Positions 1-24,228 of a stretch of 64,000 nucleotides of DNA are shown here, one piece after another. The notes under the pieces were generated by a model. The model saw nothing but the letters and a program-made list of their open reading frames with translations. It did not search any database and was not told where the DNA came from. Numbering within the stretch: the first letter of the stretch is position 1; every line of letters begins with the position of its first letter. The translations under genes and the position numbers were made by a program. Origin of the DNA: Nannocystis bainbridge (lineage in GTDB: Bacteria > Myxococcota_A > Polyangia > Nannocystales > Nannocystaceae); contig NZ_JAQNDL010000003.1 in the NCBI RefSeq assembly GCF_028368995.1, forward strand, positions 2,112,001 to 2,176,000, given 5' to 3'.

Positions 1-25
1 GGGAGAGCATGTTCGGATGCCTCGC

Positions 26-700
26 TTACTTCTGGGGCCGCGGGAAGCGCGGGTCGTTCTGTTGCGTGGCGCGCTGGCCGTAGACCTCGCCCTTGAAGAT
101 CCAGCACTTGACGCCGATCGCGCCGGCGGTGGTGTGGGCCTCGGCAAAGCCGTAGTCGATGTCGGCGCGCAGGGTGTGCAGCGGCACGCCACCGGCGCGG
201 TAGGTCTCGCGACGCGACATCTCGGCGCCGGCCAGGCGGCCCGAAGCGGCGACGCGGATGCCCTTGGCGCCGAACTTCATGGCGGTCTGCATGGCCCGCT
301 TGAGCGCGCGGCGGAAGGCGATGCGACGCTCGAGCTGCTGGGCGATGTTCTCGGCCACCAGCTGCGCGTTGGTCTCGGCCTTGCGGACCTCCTGGATGTT
401 CAGGAACACCTCGGACTCGGTCAGGCGGGAGACCTTCTTCTTCAGGCCCTCGACGCCGGCGCCGCGCTTGCCGATGATGATGCCGGGACGCGCCGAGAAG
501 ATGTTGATCTTCAGCTTGTTGGCGGCCCGCTCGATCGTGATGTCGGCGATGCTGGCGGCGTAGAGATCCTTCTTCAGGAAGCGCCGGATCTTGAGGTCCT
601 CATGCAGCCACTGGCGGTAGCGCGAGTGCTCGAACCACTTCGAGCCCCAGGTACGGACGATGCCGATGCGGAAGCCGATCGGATGTGTTTTCTGTCCCAT
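26..700 (-). CDS. rpsC: 30S ribosomal protein S3
   Basis: [13 protein letters not shown] start, [12 protein letters not shown] motif, [12 protein letters not shown]; S10 operon position. Confidence 0.98.
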   Translation of the reverse strand: MGQKTHPIGFRIGIVRTWGSKWFEHSRYRQWLHEDLKIRRFLKKDLYAASIADITIERAANKLKINIFSARPGIIIGKRGAGVEGLKKKVSRLTESEVFLNIQEVRKAETNAQLVAENIAQQLERRIAFRRALKRAMQTAMKFGAKGIRVAASGRLAGAEMSRRETYRAGGVPLHTLRADIDYGFAEAHTTAGAIGVKCWIFKGEVYGQRATQQNDPRFPRPQK

Positions 701-1035
701 TAGCTGCGAACCTCCGCCACCTCGAGGTGGATGTGGCTGGTCTTCTTGAGGATCCGATTGGCGCGGCCCATCGCCCGCGGGCGCCAGCGCTTGAGCGTCG
801 GGCCCTGGTCGACAGTCACCTTGGTGACGACGAGGTTGTCGACGTTGACGTCGCCGGTGTCTTCGGCGTTGGCGACCGCGGACACGAGCAGCTTGAAGAA
901 CTGCTTGGCGCCCGACTTGTGCAGGAAACGAAGGTCGTCGATGGCGCGGGCGACCTGCTTGCCACGGATCAGATTGGCGATGATCCGGGCCTTTCGCGGG
1001 GTGATGCGCGCGTGGCTGAGACGTGCGATGGCCAT
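700..1035 (-). CDS. rplV: 50S ribosomal protein L22
   Basis: RITPRKAR...[18 protein letters not shown]; start trimmed to ATG at 1035. Confidence 0.97.
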   Translation of the reverse strand: MAIARLSHARITPRKARIIANLIRGKQVARAIDDLRFLHKSGAKQFFKLLVSAVANAEDTGDVNVDNLVVTKVTVDQGPTLKRWRPRAMGRANRILKKTSHIHLEVAEVRS

Positions 1036-1048
1036 GGGTACCTCGGGA

Positions 1049-1327
1049 TTACTTCTTGGTGGCCTTGCGGTCGCCGGAGTGACCACGGAAGGTACGGGTC
1101 GGGGCGAACTCGCCGAGCTTGTGCCCGACCATGTTCTCGGTGATGAAGATGGGGATCCACTTGTGACCGTTGTGGACCATCACGTTCGCGCCGACGAACT
1201 GCGGCATGATCGTGGAACGACGCGACCAGGTCTTGACCACGCGCCGGCTGCCCTCCCTGAGGGCGACTTCGATCTTCTCGACCAGGTGAGAGTCCGCGAA
1301 CGGGCCCTTCTTAATGGAGCGTGCCAT
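1049..1327 (-). CDS. rpsS: 30S ribosomal protein S19
   Basis: [10 protein letters not shown]...TWSRRS...[15 protein letters not shown]. Confidence 0.98.
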   Translation of the reverse strand: MARSIKKGPFADSHLVEKIEVALREGSRRVVKTWSRRSTIMPQFVGANVMVHNGHKWIPIFITENMVGHKLGEFAPTRTFRGHSGDRKATKK

Positions 1328-1330
1328 GCG

Positions 1331-2155
1331 TTACTTCTTCCTACGGGAGACGATGAAGACGTCGGTGCGCTTGTTGTGCCGCGTGCGGTAGCCCTTCGAC
1401 AGGATGCCCCACGGCGAGCACGGGTGCCGGCCGCCAGAGGTGCGGCCCTCGCCGCCGCCCATCGGGTGGTCGACCGGGTTCATGGTAACGCCGCGGTTGT
1501 GCGGGCGGATGCCGAGCCAGCGGGTGCGGCCGGCCTTGCCGAGGCTGACGCGGCTGTGGTCGCCGTTGCTCAGCGTGCCGACGGTGGCGCGGCACTCGAT
1601 GTGGACGCGACGAACCTCGCCGGAGGGCAGGCGGACCTGCGTCCAGTCGCCCTCGCGCGCCATCAACTGGGCGCCCGAACCGGCGGTGCGGACCAGCTGG
1701 CCACCCTTGCCGATCTTGATCTCGAGGTTGTGGATGATCGTGCCGACCGGGATGTTGCGCAGCGGGAGGCTGTTGCCCGGCTTGATGTCGGCCGCCTGGT
1801 CGCTGATCACCGAGTCGCCGACCTTGAGACCTTCGGGCGCGAGGATGTAGCGCTTCTCGCCGTCAGCGTAGCTGATGAGCGCGATGAAGGTGGTGCGGTT
1901 CGGGTCGTACTCGACCGTCGCAACCTTGCCCGGCACGCCGAACTTGTCGCGCTTGAAGTCGATGACGCGGTACAGCTGCTTGTGACCGCCGCCGCGGAAG
2001 CGCGCGGTCTGACGGCCGTGGTTGTTGCGACCGGTGTGGCGGTCGATCTTCTCGACCAGCGGCCGGTGCGGCTCGCTCGCGGTCACCTGGTCGCGGGTGT
2101 TGACGCTCATGCCGCGTCGGCCCGGGGAGGTCGGCCTGTAGACTTTGATGCCCAT
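1331..2155 (-). CDS. rplB: 50S ribosomal protein L2
   Basis: [26 protein letters not shown] motifs. Confidence 0.99.
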   Translation of the reverse strand: MGIKVYRPTSPGRRGMSVNTRDQVTASEPHRPLVEKIDRHTGRNNHGRQTARFRGGGHKQLYRVIDFKRDKFGVPGKVATVEYDPNRTTFIALISYADGEKRYILAPEGLKVGDSVISDQAADIKPGNSLPLRNIPVGTIIHNLEIKIGKGGQLVRTAGSGAQLMAREGDWTQVRLPSGEVRRVHIECRATVGTLSNGDHSRVSLGKAGRTRWLGIRPHNRGVTMNPVDHPMGGGEGRTSGGRHPCSPWGILSKGYRTRHNKRTDVFIVSRRKK

Positions 2156-2166
2156 GGTGCGCTCCT

Positions 2167-2466
2167 TCAGCCCTTGTCGGCTTGCTCTCCGTAGAGGTCG
2201 ATCGAATCACCGGGGTGAACGGTGACGATCGCCTTCTTCCACGACCGCTGCTTGCCGGTGAACTTGCCGACTCGACGGAGGTCGCCGCGCACGACCATGG
2301 TGCGCACGTCCCGGACGCGGACGCCGAACACCTGCTCGACGGCCTTGCGGATCTCGATCTTGTTCGCGGCCTTGGCGACCTCGAACACGTAGTGGTTGTG
2401 ACGGCCCTGCGCTTCGGTCGACTTCTCGGTCACGACCGGGCGGACGATGATCTGCTGCGGGGTCAT
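2167..2466 (-). CDS. rplW: 50S ribosomal protein L23
   Basis: [11 protein letters not shown]...[18 protein letters not shown]...WKKAIVT; ATGA overlap with rplD stop. Confidence 0.96.
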   Translation of the reverse strand: MTPQQIIVRPVVTEKSTEAQGRHNHYVFEVAKAANKIEIRKAVEQVFGVRVRDVRTMVVRGDLRRVGKFTGKQRSWKKAIVTVHPGDSIDLYGEQADKG

Positions 2467-3116
2467 GCGACCTCCTTCGGGGCGTCGGACTTGGTGCCCG
2501 ACAGACGGGCCTCGACCGCGCGCAGCGAGGTCTCCGAGATCAGCAGCTTGGGGAAGCGCAGGATGTCGTAGACGTTGAGGCCGCGGATGTCGAGGAAGCT
2601 CGCCGCTGCCAGGTTGCGCGTGCTGAGACGCAGGTTCTTGTTGTCGCCGGCGTCGACCACCAGGACCTTCGGCGCGCCGAGAGCGGTCAGCGCGTTGGCG
2701 ATGGTCTTGGTCTTGACGGCCTCGAGCTGCAGGTCGCGGACGACGATCAGGTCGCCCTTCGAGGCCCGCACGGTCAGAGCGGTGCGCAGCGCGCTCGCCA
2801 TGACCTTCTTGTTGACGTGGAAGGCGTAGTTGCGCGGCTTGGGCCCGAACACCTGGCCGCCTCCGCGGAAGATGTTGGAGCGGCGCGAGCCGTGACGGGC
2901 GCCGCCGGTGCCCTTCTGCTTGTGCAGCTTCTTGCCGGTGATGGAGACCTCGGCGCGGGTCTGGGTCGAGTGGGTACCAGCGCGGCGAGCAGCCCGCTGG
3001 TAGCGCACGACCTCCCACAGGAGGTGCTCACGCACGGGGACGGCGAACACCGCGTCAGCGACGTCGATCTCGCCGACCTGAGCGCCCGTGAGGTCTTTGA
3101 CGATGAGCTTGGCCAT
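2463..3116 (-). CDS. rplD: 50S ribosomal protein L4
   Basis: [13 protein letters not shown]...[11 protein letters not shown]...[11 protein letters not shown]. Confidence 0.98.
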   Translation of the reverse strand: MAKLIVKDLTGAQVGEIDVADAVFAVPVREHLLWEVVRYQRAARRAGTHSTQTRAEVSITGKKLHKQKGTGGARHGSRRSNIFRGGGQVFGPKPRNYAFHVNKKVMASALRTALTVRASKGDLIVVRDLQLEAVKTKTIANALTALGAPKVLVVDAGDNKNLRLSTRNLAAASFLDIRGLNVYDILRFPKLLISETSLRAVEARLSGTKSDAPKEVA

Positions 3117-3122
3117 GGTGCC

Positions 3123-3431
<309 letters not shown>

Positions 3432-3474
3432 GGCGATATCCCTTGCGTCTTGGCCGGCGTACTCGAGCGAAGTC

Positions 3475-4674
<1,200 letters not shown>

Positions 4675-4777
4675 GGCTGTGCTTCGCTCGTAGAGGTGTT
4701 GGAGTCTGAGGGGCGGGATCTAGCAGCTAGTCAAGGATTGGAAAAGCCCGATCGCGTCGCCTGAGTGAGAGAAACCG

Positions 4778-6907
<2,130 letters not shown>

Positions 6908-7189
6908 GGCAGGGAGGAAGCCGTTTCGGGAACGAGACGAGGGCCGCTCCGCCGGCCATCCGTCTCCACGCACTCGGGAGGGGTTATGGCAGGCGAGGGG
7001 CCCGGCTCGGGATCTGCTGCGAAGGGACCGGTGGTCCAATCGCGCGGCAGAATCGAGGGTTGTCGCGCTCTTGTCGGCTCAGGTCAGTGGGTCATCGACG
7101 GGTGGCCCGCGAAGGGGCCGGACATCCGGAGCTGAAGGAGAGAGGAGAGACAGATCGAGCGGCCCGCACGGGGCGGGCCGAGGCGCCGA

Positions 7190-7678
7190 CTACCAGCGGT
7201 AGTGGGCGAAGGCCTTGTTGGCCTCGGCCATCTTGTGCGTGTCTTCACGCTTCTTGACGGCGCCGCCGCGGTTCTGGGCCGCGTCGAGCATCTCGTTGGC
7301 GAGGCGCTCGCGCATGGTCTTCTCGGGCCGCGAGCGGGCGAAGCCGATCAGCCAGCGGTACGCCAGGGCCATGCCGCGCTCGGGGCGAACCTCGATCGGG
7401 ACCTGGTAGTTGGAGCCGCCGACACGGCGCGAACGAACCTCGAGGCGCGGGAAGACGTTGGAAATCGCCTTCTCGAACACCTTGACCGGGTCGTCCTTGG
7501 TGCGCTCGGAGATGATGTCGAAGGCGCCGAAGACGATCTTCTCGGCGATCGACTTCTTGCCGGCGCGCATGATGCCGCAGATGAACTTGTGGATGTTCCG
7601 GTTCACGTCCACGGGGTGGTCGGTGTACCGGATGTCGTTCTGCGGGCGCTTCCGCGTGGTGATACCTTTGCGCGACAT
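7190..7678 (-). CDS. rpsG: 30S ribosomal protein S7
   Basis: [36 protein letters not shown]. Confidence 0.98.
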   Translation of the reverse strand: MSRKGITTRKRPQNDIRYTDHPVDVNRNIHKFICGIMRAGKKSIAEKIVFGAFDIISERTKDDPVKVFEKAISNVFPRLEVRSRRVGGSNYQVPIEVRPERGMALAYRWLIGFARSRPEKTMRERLANEMLDAAQNRGGAVKKREDTHKMAEANKAFAHYRW

Positions 7679-7696
7679 GGTCGTCCTTCTAAGTCA

Positions 7697-8068
7697 CTAC
7701 TTGGGCCGCTTGGCGCCGTACTTGGAGCGCCGCTGGCGACGGCCGTTGACGCCGGTGGTGTCGAGGGTGCCGCGCACGACGTGGTAGCGGACGCCGGGGA
7801 GGTCCTTCACGCGACCGCCGCGGATCAGCACCATCGAGTGCTCCTGCAGGTTGTGACCCTCACCCGGGATGTACGTGGTCACTTCCATGCCGTTGGTGAG
7901 GCGGACGCGAGCGACCTTGCGGAGCGCAGAGTTCGGCTTCTTCGGCGTGCAGGTGTACACGCGGACGCACACGCCGCGCTTCTGCGGGCAACCGCGCAGC
8001 GCCGGAGCCGTCGTCTTCTTCTTCTGCAGTTCGCGTCCCTTGCGGACAAGCTGATTGATCGTCGGCAT
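7697..8068 (-). CDS. rpsL: 30S ribosomal protein S12
   Basis: [33 protein letters not shown]. Confidence 0.99.
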   Translation of the reverse strand: MPTINQLVRKGRELQKKKTTAPALRGCPQKRGVCVRVYTCTPKKPNSALRKVARVRLTNGMEVTTYIPGEGHNLQEHSMVLIRGGRVKDLPGVRYHVVRGTLDTTGVNGRRQRRSKYGAKRPK

Positions 8069-8193
8069 GCGCCGTGAAGCCTTTCCAGTATTCGAGCCGG
8101 TGGCTCAGGCCCCGGAGGGCCGAGGGGTTTGGGCAGGTCCGAGCCCGAGAGAACCGGACCTGTTCGCTTTTGCCCCCTGCGGCTGGGGGGCTG

Positions 8194-8222
8194 TTTATAT
8201 AGGGGGGCGCCAGCCAGATCAA
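8194..8222 (-). promoter_or_regulatory. Putative sigma70 promoter of the str operon
   Basis: TTGATC-N17-TATAAA on minus strand, about 125 bp upstream of rpsL. Confidence 0.6.
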
Positions 8223-8431
8223 GCATCGCCGCCGGCGGGGCGCGCGGGCCCGGACTGCCGTCCGAACCCCTCAGAGCGAGAGAGAACGGCCTGGAGTGCG
8301 AGTCCAGGCCCGGACCGCGGAGGCGGCCACGCGTGGTGCGTGTGCTGCCGCGGCGGGTGGACGGGAGATCACCTCCCGCCCACCGGAGAGACAGGCGCCG
8401 GCGCATCCTGCGCCAGCCCTGTCGAAGTGCA

Positions 8432-12634
<4,203 letters not shown>

Positions 12635-12667
12635 GGCCGTGTCTCCTTGTTCGCTTTCTCCGGTTGA

Positions 12668-16843
<4,176 letters not shown>

Positions 16844-17120
16844 CGCGGTTCCTCAGGGGGGACGAACTGCCGCGGAGGCAGTGGAGCGGGCCGGCAGGTT
16901 GTCTAAGCGCTAAGCGAGGCAATTGCTCAAGACTTCGGGCCTGGCGGCTCGTGAGCCAGCGAGATCGCGAAGCGGCAAAAAGTACTCGAGATTCGATGTG
17001 AGCCAAGGCTCACGGGGGCGCGAAAATGCGCCAATACAAACGCGACATGTGCACGGCACCCAGGGGGCTTCCCCCCTGGCGCCGTACACGCCGGAGCAGC
17101 TTGGGCGGCGGGCCCTGAGA

Positions 17121-17507
17121 TCACTTGATCTCGACCTCAGCGCCTGCCTCCTTGAGCTGCTTCGCCATCTCCTCGGCCTCGGCCTTGGAGATGCCTTCCT
17201 TGATGTTGGCCGGGGCGCCCTCGACGAGGTCCTTGGCCTCCTTGAGACCGAGGGCCGGGTTGAGCACGCGGACGGCCTTGATGACGTTGATCTTCTTGTC
17301 GCCGAAGCCCTTGAGCACGACCGTGAACTCGGTCTGCTCTTCCTTCTTCTCGGCGGCGGGCGCAGCAGCGGCGGGGCCAGCGGCGGCGACCGGCGCGGCG
17401 GCGGAGACGCCCCACTTGGTCTCGAGCTCCTTGACCAGGTTGGCGATCTCGATGACCGGAAGGTTGCTCAGGTAGTTGATGACTTGGTCGCGGGTGATGT
17501 CGGTCAT
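17121..17507 (-). CDS. rplL: 50S ribosomal protein L7/L12
   Basis: Ala-rich hinge, [22 protein letters not shown]. Confidence 0.98.
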   Translation of the reverse strand: MTDITRDQVINYLSNLPVIEIANLVKELETKWGVSAAAPVAAAGPAAAAPAAEKKEEQTEFTVVLKGFGDKKINVIKAVRVLNPALGLKEAKDLVEGAPANIKEGISKAEAEEMAKQLKEAGAEVEIK

Positions 17508-17570
17508 GGTGAATTCCTCGAAGTCTGTCGATGCAAACGGTGACGGGTTGAAGAGGGACGAGCGCCGGCC

Positions 17571-18095
17571 TCAAGCGGCCGCGGCGAGCTGGTCCTTGCG
17601 GGCGTTCAGGAGGTAGAGGAAGCTCTGCGGGCCGGCGTTCAGCACGCGGACGAAGCTCGTCGCCGGGGTGTTGAGCAGGGCCAGGAACTGCGCCTTGAGC
17701 TCGCGCGGCCCAGGCATGTCGGCCAGGCGGCTGACGCCGCTGACGTCGAGCGTCTGGCCGTCGATGATGCCGCCCTTGACCTTGAAGCCCTTGGCGTCCT
17801 TGGCGAAGTTACGCGCCACGCGGGCCGCTGCACCCGGGTCCTCCGGCGAAAACGCGATCCCGGTCATGCCCTTCAGCAGGGCGGCGGCCGGCTCGTGCTT
17901 CGTCCCGGTCACCGCGTAGTGGATGACCGAGTTCTTGTAGACCTGGTAGCGGCAGTTCGCCTCGCGGAACTTGTTGCGGACGTCGCTGGCTTCGGCCACG
18001 GTGATCCCGGTGTAATCGACCAGGATGAACGCGGACACGTCGCTCAGTTCCTCGCGGAGCTTCGCCGATTGTTCGTGTTTGCTCAGGGTGGGCAT
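17571..18095 (-). CDS. rplJ: 50S ribosomal protein L10
   Basis: VDYTGITV...YQVYKNS...VKGG; position between rplA and rplL. Confidence 0.95.
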   Translation of the reverse strand: MPTLSKHEQSAKLREELSDVSAFILVDYTGITVAEASDVRNKFREANCRYQVYKNSVIHYAVTGTKHEPAAALLKGMTGIAFSPEDPGAAARVARNFAKDAKGFKVKGGIIDGQTLDVSGVSRLADMPGPRELKAQFLALLNTPATSFVRVLNAGPQSFLYLLNARKDQLAAAA

Positions 18096-18182
18096 CTGTG
18101 GCTCGTCTCCTCGGCCCTCCGGGTGGAGGACCGCCGAGATGGAGGACGGACGACCCGCCCCCGCTTCCTCTCGTCGCTCGCT

Positions 18183-18247
18183 CCACTCTCGGCAGGCCGC
18201 TTTCGCGTTTACGGTCGGAAGGCCGACCCCCTGCTGTCTTCGAGTGC
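18183..18247 (-). promoter_or_regulatory. L10-leader autoregulatory RNA
   Basis: GAAGACAGCAGG...TAAA...CCTGCCGAG upstream of rplJ, matching the recalled L10_leader architecture. Confidence 0.75.
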
Positions 18248-18327
18248 GTGCGCCCTCGCGGGCGGCTTCTTCACGTCACTACTGCGACAGACTTGGTGAA
18301 CTCCTCGAATGAGAACTCGAGACTCGC

Positions 18328-19029
18328 CTAGCGCTCGAGCAGCGCGGCGACCTCGTTGGTGTCGAGGCGGACCGACGGGCCCATCGTCGACGAGAGCGAG
18401 ATGCTCTTGAAGTACTTGCCCTTGGCCGTCGACGGCTTGAGGCGCTGCAGCGTGTCCAGCAGCGACATGATGTTCTCCCGCAGCTTGTCGGGGCCGAAGG
18501 ACATCTTGCCGACAGGCGCGTGGACGATGCCGGTCTTCTCGGTGCGGAACTCGATGCGACCGGCCTTGATCTCGCGGACCGCCCGGGCGACGTCCATGGT
18601 CACGGTGCCGACCTTGGGGTTGGGCATCAAGTTGCGGGGTCCGAGGATACGACCGAGGCGACCGACGAGGCCCATCATGTCGGGCGTGGCGATCGCGCTG
18701 TCGAAGTCGAGCCAGTTCTCCTTGAGAACGCGATCGACCAGGTCCTCGGCGCCGACGAAATCAGCGCCCGCCTCGCGCGCCTCGTTGGCCCGCTCGCCCT
18801 TGGCGAACACGACCACCCGCAGCGACTTGCCGGTGCCGTGCGGCAGGGCGCACGACGAACGGATCATCTGGTCGGCGTGCTTCGGGTTGACGCCCAGGCG
18901 GGCGGCGACATCGATCGTCTCGTCGAACTTGGTGAACTTCAGCTTCGGCAGCAGTTCAACAGCCTCGGCGAGGGTATAACGCTTGTCGCGGTCGACCAGC
19001 TTGCGGGTCGCCTCGTACTTCTTGCCCAT
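18328..19029 (-). CDS. rplA: 50S ribosomal protein L1
   Basis: [34 protein letters not shown]. Confidence 0.98.
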   Translation of the reverse strand: MGKKYEATRKLVDRDKRYTLAEAVELLPKLKFTKFDETIDVAARLGVNPKHADQMIRSSCALPHGTGKSLRVVVFAKGERANEAREAGADFVGAEDLVDRVLKENWLDFDSAIATPDMMGLVGRLGRILGPRNLMPNPKVGTVTMDVARAVREIKAGRIEFRTEKTGIVHAPVGKMSFGPDKLRENIMSLLDTLQRLKPSTAKGKYFKSISLSSTMGPSVRLDTNEVAALLER

Positions 19030-19043
19030 TGTGTCTTGCCTTT

Positions 19044-19077
19044 CCGGGGTCCAGGCGGCCTGTTCGGCCTCCCCCGG
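19044..19077 (-). promoter_or_regulatory. Possible L1-binding leader hairpin before rplA
   Basis: CCGGGGGGAGGCC-GAACA-GGCCGCCTGGACCCCGG hairpin with asymmetric internal loop just upstream of the rplA start. Confidence 0.4.
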
Positions 19078-19149
19078 GGTTGTCCCCGGCCGCGATGGGC
19101 CGGGGCTCCTGCCCGCATGTCCTCAGGGGCAGGAAGGAATTCTCGACGC

Positions 19150-19590
19150 TCAGGCCTCGACCACGTCGATGCCCATCGAGCGCGCCGTGCCGGCGATCGT
19201 GCGGGCGGCGGCGTCGATCGACGCGGCGTTCATGTCCTTGTACTTGTACTCGGCGATCTCGCGGACCTCCGCGGTCGTCAGCTTGCCGATCTTCTGCCGA
19301 TTCGGCACGCCCGAGCCGCCCTCGATCTTCGAGTTGGCCGCTTGCACCTTCTTCAACAACAAGATCGACGCCGGCGGGGTCTTGGTGATGAAGGTGAACG
19401 AACGGTCCGAGTAGACGGTGATGACCACCGGAATCACGAGGCCCTGGTCCTTCGCCGTGCGGGCGTTGAACTGCTTGCAGAACTCCATGATGTTGACGCC
19501 CTTGGAGCCGAGCGCAGGGCCGATCGGGGGCGCGGGGTTCGCCAACCCGGCCTTGATCTGGAGCTTGACGTACGCGGTTACCTTCTTCAT
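19150..19590 (-). CDS. rplK: 50S ribosomal protein L11
   Basis: [30 protein letters not shown]. Confidence 0.98.
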   Translation of the reverse strand: MKKVTAYVKLQIKAGLANPAPPIGPALGSKGVNIMEFCKQFNARTAKDQGLVIPVVITVYSDRSFTFITKTPPASILLLKKVQAANSKIEGGSGVPNRQKIGKLTTAEVREIAEYKYKDMNAASIDAAARTIAGTARSMGIDVVEA

Positions 19591-19714
19591 GGCAGTGCTT
19601 CGTGACGAAAAGGGTGTTCGGTCGGTGCGGCTAGCGCCGACCTTCAGGGACAGTGAGCTTGACGCCGCTCACTGGGCGGGACAGGCGTGCTGGCTTGTCG
19701 CAGATCCGCCGGCG

Positions 19715-20251
19715 TTACACAACCGGCTCGACCTCGGAAAAGTCGACCTCGACGCGCGTGGGGCGGCCGAACAGCGACACCGACAGCCAGATCTTCTGCT
19801 TGTCGTTGTTGATCTCCTCCACCTCGCCGGTGAAGTTGGCGAACGCGCCGCTACGGACACGCACCTGCTGGCCGACCGAATACGTGATGTTCGGCACGAC
19901 CTTCTCGACGGGCGCCTGCTCGTCCGGCGGAGCCTGGCCGAGCATGCGGTTCATCTCGGCCTTGCGCACCGGCTTGGGGTTCTGGCCGCCGAGGAAGCCA
20001 GTCACCTTCGGAGTGTTCTGGACCAGGTGCCAGCTCGCCTTGGTCAGGTCCATGCTGATGAAGATGTAGCCGGGCAGAAGCTTGTTGGTCTTCTGGACGG
20101 TCTTCTTGCCGCTCCGGGTGGTCACCTTCTCCGAGGGGATCAAGATCTCCCCGAACTGCTCCTCGAGCCCGGCATTCTTGATCCGGTCCTCCAGGGCCTT
20201 CTTTACCGAATTCTCGTAGCCCGAGAAGGTGTTGACGACGTACCACTCCAT
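19715..20251 (-). CDS. nusG: Transcription termination/antitermination factor NusG
   Basis: WYVVNTFSGYE, PGYIF, TPKVTGF, KOW domain, FGRPTRVE. Confidence 0.98.
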   Translation of the reverse strand: MEWYVVNTFSGYENSVKKALEDRIKNAGLEEQFGEILIPSEKVTTRSGKKTVQKTNKLLPGYIFISMDLTKASWHLVQNTPKVTGFLGGQNPKPVRKAEMNRMLGQAPPDEQAPVEKVVPNITYSVGQQVRVRSGAFANFTGEVEEINNDKQKIWLSVSLFGRPTRVEVDFSEVEPVV

Positions 20252-20272
20252 GGGAATTTGTGCCCCGATCCG

Positions 20273-20701
20273 TCAGAGAGCGTAGAGCCAGTCCGTCACG
20301 TTGGACCAGAACAAGTCCATCATCGCCAGAATGACGGAGCAGACGAGCGTGAGGACGACGACCACCATGGTGGCGACCCGCGTCTCCGCTCTGGTCGGCC
20401 ACGTCACCTGCGAGACCTCGACAGCGACCTCGCTCACGAACGTGAACCAGCGCTTGTTCCGCCAGGCGATGAGGGCGCTGACCAGAGCGACGCCGGTGCC
20501 GAGCGCCGAAGCGATGTTCGGCGCCGGGCGGCCGAGTTGCCGCGGCCAGTACGACCACAGCAACGCCCACATGTCCTCAGTGAGATTGCTGAGGACATAC
20601 GCAAGCAGCAGGAAGCCCAGGAAAAACGCCGCGTGCGCCCACCGACTGGGGTCGAACTCACGGGCGACTACGAGCTTTCTATTGCGCGGCGGGGTCGTCA
20701 T
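20273..20701 (-). CDS. secE: Preprotein translocase SecE (long multi-TM form)
   Basis: EVSQVTWPTRAET motif followed by a TM helix; upstream of nusG. Confidence 0.93.
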   Translation of the reverse strand: MTTPPRNRKLVVAREFDPSRWAHAAFFLGFLLLAYVLSNLTEDMWALLWSYWPRQLGRPAPNIASALGTGVALVSALIAWRNKRWFTFVSEVAVEVSQVTWPTRAETRVATMVVVVLTLVCSVILAMMDLFWSNVTDWLYAL

Positions 20702-20747
20702 GGCGGGGGCTCAGAGTGTCCGAAGATCGGCCATCTCTGACAGGAAG

Positions 20748-20820
20748 CAGGGGGTGGGGGACTCGAACCCTCGGCCTGCGGATTTGGAGTCCGCTGCTCT
20801 ACCAACTGAGCTAACCCCCT
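20748..20820 (-). tRNA. tRNA-Trp (CCA)
   Basis: AGGGGGT acceptor stem, GCGGA-CTCCAAA-TCCGC anticodon arm, GGTTCGAGTCC T-loop. Confidence 0.96.
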
Positions 20821-20837
20821 GTAAGAACCCACTTAAC

Positions 20838-20999
20838 CTACTTGGTCTCCTTGTGATCCGCCTGCTTCCGGCAGTGACGGCAGAACTTCTTGAGGACGAG
20901 CTTCTCGGGCGTCGTCCTCTTGTTCTTGGTCGAGGAGTAGTTGCGCCGCTTGCAGGTCTGGCACTCGAGCTGGATGATGATGCGGTTGCCGGCAGCCAT
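20838..20999 (-). CDS. rpmG: 50S ribosomal protein L33 (Zn-ribbon form, 53 aa; not in ORF track)
   Basis: Manual translation [53 protein letters not shown]. Confidence 0.96.
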   Translation of the reverse strand: MAAGNRIIIQLECQTCKRRNYSSTKNKRTTPEKLVLKKFCRHCRKQADHKETK

Positions 21000-21026
21000 A
21001 GGAGCCTCAACAGGCGAAGGGGTCCC

Positions 21027-21055
21027 GTTCTAGCAAGACCCGTTCCGGTTGACAA
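21027..21055 (-). promoter_or_regulatory. Putative sigma70 promoter for rpmG-tRNA-Trp-secE-nusG
   Basis: TTGTCA-N17-TAGAAC with extended -10 TG, just after the tuf terminator. Confidence 0.55.
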
Positions 21056-21101
21056 GTTCGAGCCCGGGACCGACAGATGCCGGCAAACCGGGGAGTTAGG
21101 G

Positions 21102-21133
21102 CAAAACAAGGCGGGGGTCACGCCCCCCGCCTC
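21102..21133 (-). terminator. Intrinsic terminator after tuf
   Basis: AGGCGGGGG...CCCCCGCCT stem followed by TGTTTTG on minus strand. Confidence 0.6.
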
Positions 21134-21146
21134 GCCATCTCGAGGT

Positions 21147-22346
<1,200 letters not shown>

Positions 22347-22399
22347 GGCTGTGCTTCTCTGGGGGTGACGGGTTCAGTCGTCGAGAGGGATTCTCTGGG

Positions 22400-22472
22400 A
22401 GCCCATGAGCGGATTCGAACCGCTGACCTCATCCTTACCAAGGATGTGCTCTACCAACTGAGCTACATGGGC
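22400..22472 (-). tRNA. tRNA-Thr (GGT)
   Basis: GCCCATG acceptor, CATCC-TTGGTAA-GGATG anticodon arm. Confidence 0.96.
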
Positions 22473-22509
22473 ATAATTGTCAGGATTCACTTGCGCGGGT
22501 TGCGCAGAG

Positions 22510-22582
22510 AGCGGGAGACGAGGGTCGAACTCGCGACATTCAGCTTGGAAGGCTGACGCTCTACCAACTGAGCTACTCCCGC
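22510..22582 (-). tRNA. tRNA-Gly (TCC)
   Basis: GCGGGAG acceptor, TCAGC-CTTCCAA-GCTGA anticodon arm. Confidence 0.96.
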
Positions 22583-22591
22583 GGTAGGCAG

Positions 22592-22676
22592 TGGATGGGG
22601 AAGGATTCGAACCTTCGAAGCGCGGTGCGCGGCAGATTTACAGTCTGCTCCCTTTGGCCGACTCGGGCACCCATCC
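22592..22676 (-). tRNA. tRNA-Tyr (GTA)
   Basis: GGATGGG acceptor, GCAGA-CTGTAAA-TCTGC anticodon arm, long variable arm. Confidence 0.96.
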
Positions 22677-22731
22677 TCGTGATCTTGAAACAGTCGCTGC
22701 GCGCGTGGCCCGGAGGGCCGTTCGGTTGGAG

Positions 22732-22804
22732 AGCTGACGATGGGACTCGAACCCGCAGCCGCCTGATTACAAATCAGGTGCTCTACCAATTGAGCTACGC
22801 CAGC
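22732..22804 (-). tRNA. tRNA-Thr (TGT)
   Basis: GCTGGCG acceptor, CCTGA-TTTGTAA-TCAGG anticodon arm. Confidence 0.95.
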
Positions 22805-22917
22805 GTGATGGTGAGAAATCCCTCCGGGGTCTTCAGGGCGGTAACACCGCCGGTCGAGTGTCGGGCTTAGGCTAACGAAAAGCTTCAGACCCGGTCGGGG
22901 TCCGAAAGTGGACGCGC

Positions 22918-22947
22918 TGTATAGCCGCGGATCCGGCAGAGTGTCAA
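22918..22947 (-). promoter_or_regulatory. Putative sigma70 promoter of the tRNA-tuf operon
   Basis: Perfect TTGACA, 18-bp spacer, TATACA, then GC-rich discriminator. Confidence 0.6.
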
Positions 22948-23037
22948 GCCACGTGGGGCGCGGGTCCACCCGGACGAGCGACGACGACGAGAGCCCCAGT
23001 TCGCGGCCCTACGCGGCCTGAACCGGCCATGCGGGCG

Positions 23038-24228
23038 TCAGAGCGGCGTCAGCTCCGGCACGAACAGCTTGCGATCGACAGGGCTGGGCTCGCTGCCGGC
23101 GGAGGCGATCTCCCCGGCCGCGATTTCGCGGCGGGCCTCGGGCGCGAGCGGCGGGTGCGGCTTGCCCAGCGTGGTGTCGCCGGCGAGCAGGACGGCCTGC
23201 AGCTCGCTGAGCTTGGCCTCGGTCTGGGCCGTGAACTCGCTCTCGTAGCCGAGCCGCCGGGCGGTCGCCAGGTTCTTCTCGAACACCCAGATCGCCTTGT
23301 TGACGACCGGCCTGAGCTGACCCTTGAGCTCTTCGTAGTAGACCTGGCGCTGCTTGTCGTCGAGCCAGTCGGGCACGGGGGCGTGCATCATGGCGTCGTA
23401 GAACTCCTCGAACAGGCTGCCCAGCTGGTAGCCGGCGGCCGAGACCCAAAACATGTGCTTGGCCTTGATGGTCTCGTTGTAGGCGTCCTGGGCCTTCTCC
23501 AGCAGGGCGAACTTGCGGGCGAAGTCCTCGGTCATCTGCTTCTCGGGCAGGCGGATCGCCACGTCGCGGAAGCGCCGGTGCCACACGGCGGCGCGGTAGA
23601 AGCGGGCCATGCCGACGAAGTAGTAGTTGCTGAAGCGCTCGCTGTTCTGCTCCTGGGAGGCGACGTAGACCTGGTCGGCCTGCAGCAGGAGGGGCTCGGC
23701 CTGGTCGAGCTGGCCGAGCTCGAAGTGGGCATAACCCTGGCGGGCCAGGGCCTCGACCCGCGCGCTCGGCAAGGTGGCGCGGGTGAAGGCCTCGGCGTAG
23801 CTGTCGGCCGACGCCTTCCACTCGCCGAGTTCGGCGTAACAGGCGCCCCGGCGGGCGAACAGGTCGGCGGGGCCGTCGCTGAAGCGGGCCACGTAGGCGT
23901 CGTAGGCCCGGACCGCCGCGGCGCAGTCGTGCAGGAGCTCCTGGGCGCGCGCGAGGCCGAGGTAGGCCTGGCGCACGCCGGTCTCGTCGGGGTCGCCGCC
24001 GAGGTAGCCGGAGAACAGAGCGACGGCCCGCGCCGCGTCGCCGCCGGCGAGCGCGGCCTCGGCGTCGGGCAAGGTGGCCGGGCCCGTGGGCACCGCTGCG
24101 GCCGCCTCGCCGGGCTGGACGGAGAGGGCCGCGTCCTCGGGGGTGACGACGCCGGCGGACTTGCCGGCGCAGGCGACGGGCGCGCTGGCGAGGGCGACGA
24201 GCGCGAGCCGGACGAGCGGGCGAGACAT
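23038..24228 (-). CDS. TPR-repeat lipoprotein
   Basis: Signal peptide with lipobox PVAC; TPR-like helices (AYLGLARAQELL, ARRGACYAELG, ARQGYAHFELG). Confidence 0.8.
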   Translation of the reverse strand: MSRPLVRLALVALASAPVACAGKSAGVVTPEDAALSVQPGEAAAAVPTGPATLPDAEAALAGGDAARAVALFSGYLGGDPDETGVRQAYLGLARAQELLHDCAAAVRAYDAYVARFSDGPADLFARRGACYAELGEWKASADSYAEAFTRATLPSARVEALARQGYAHFELGQLDQAEPLLLQADQVYVASQEQNSERFSNYYFVGMARFYRAAVWHRRFRDVAIRLPEKQMTEDFARKFALLEKAQDAYNETIKAKHMFWVSAAGYQLGSLFEEFYDAMMHAPVPDWLDDKQRQVYYEELKGQLRPVVNKAIWVFEKNLATARRLGYESEFTAQTEAKLSELQAVLLAGDTTLGKPHPPLAPEARREIAAGEIASAGSEPSPVDRKLFVPELTPL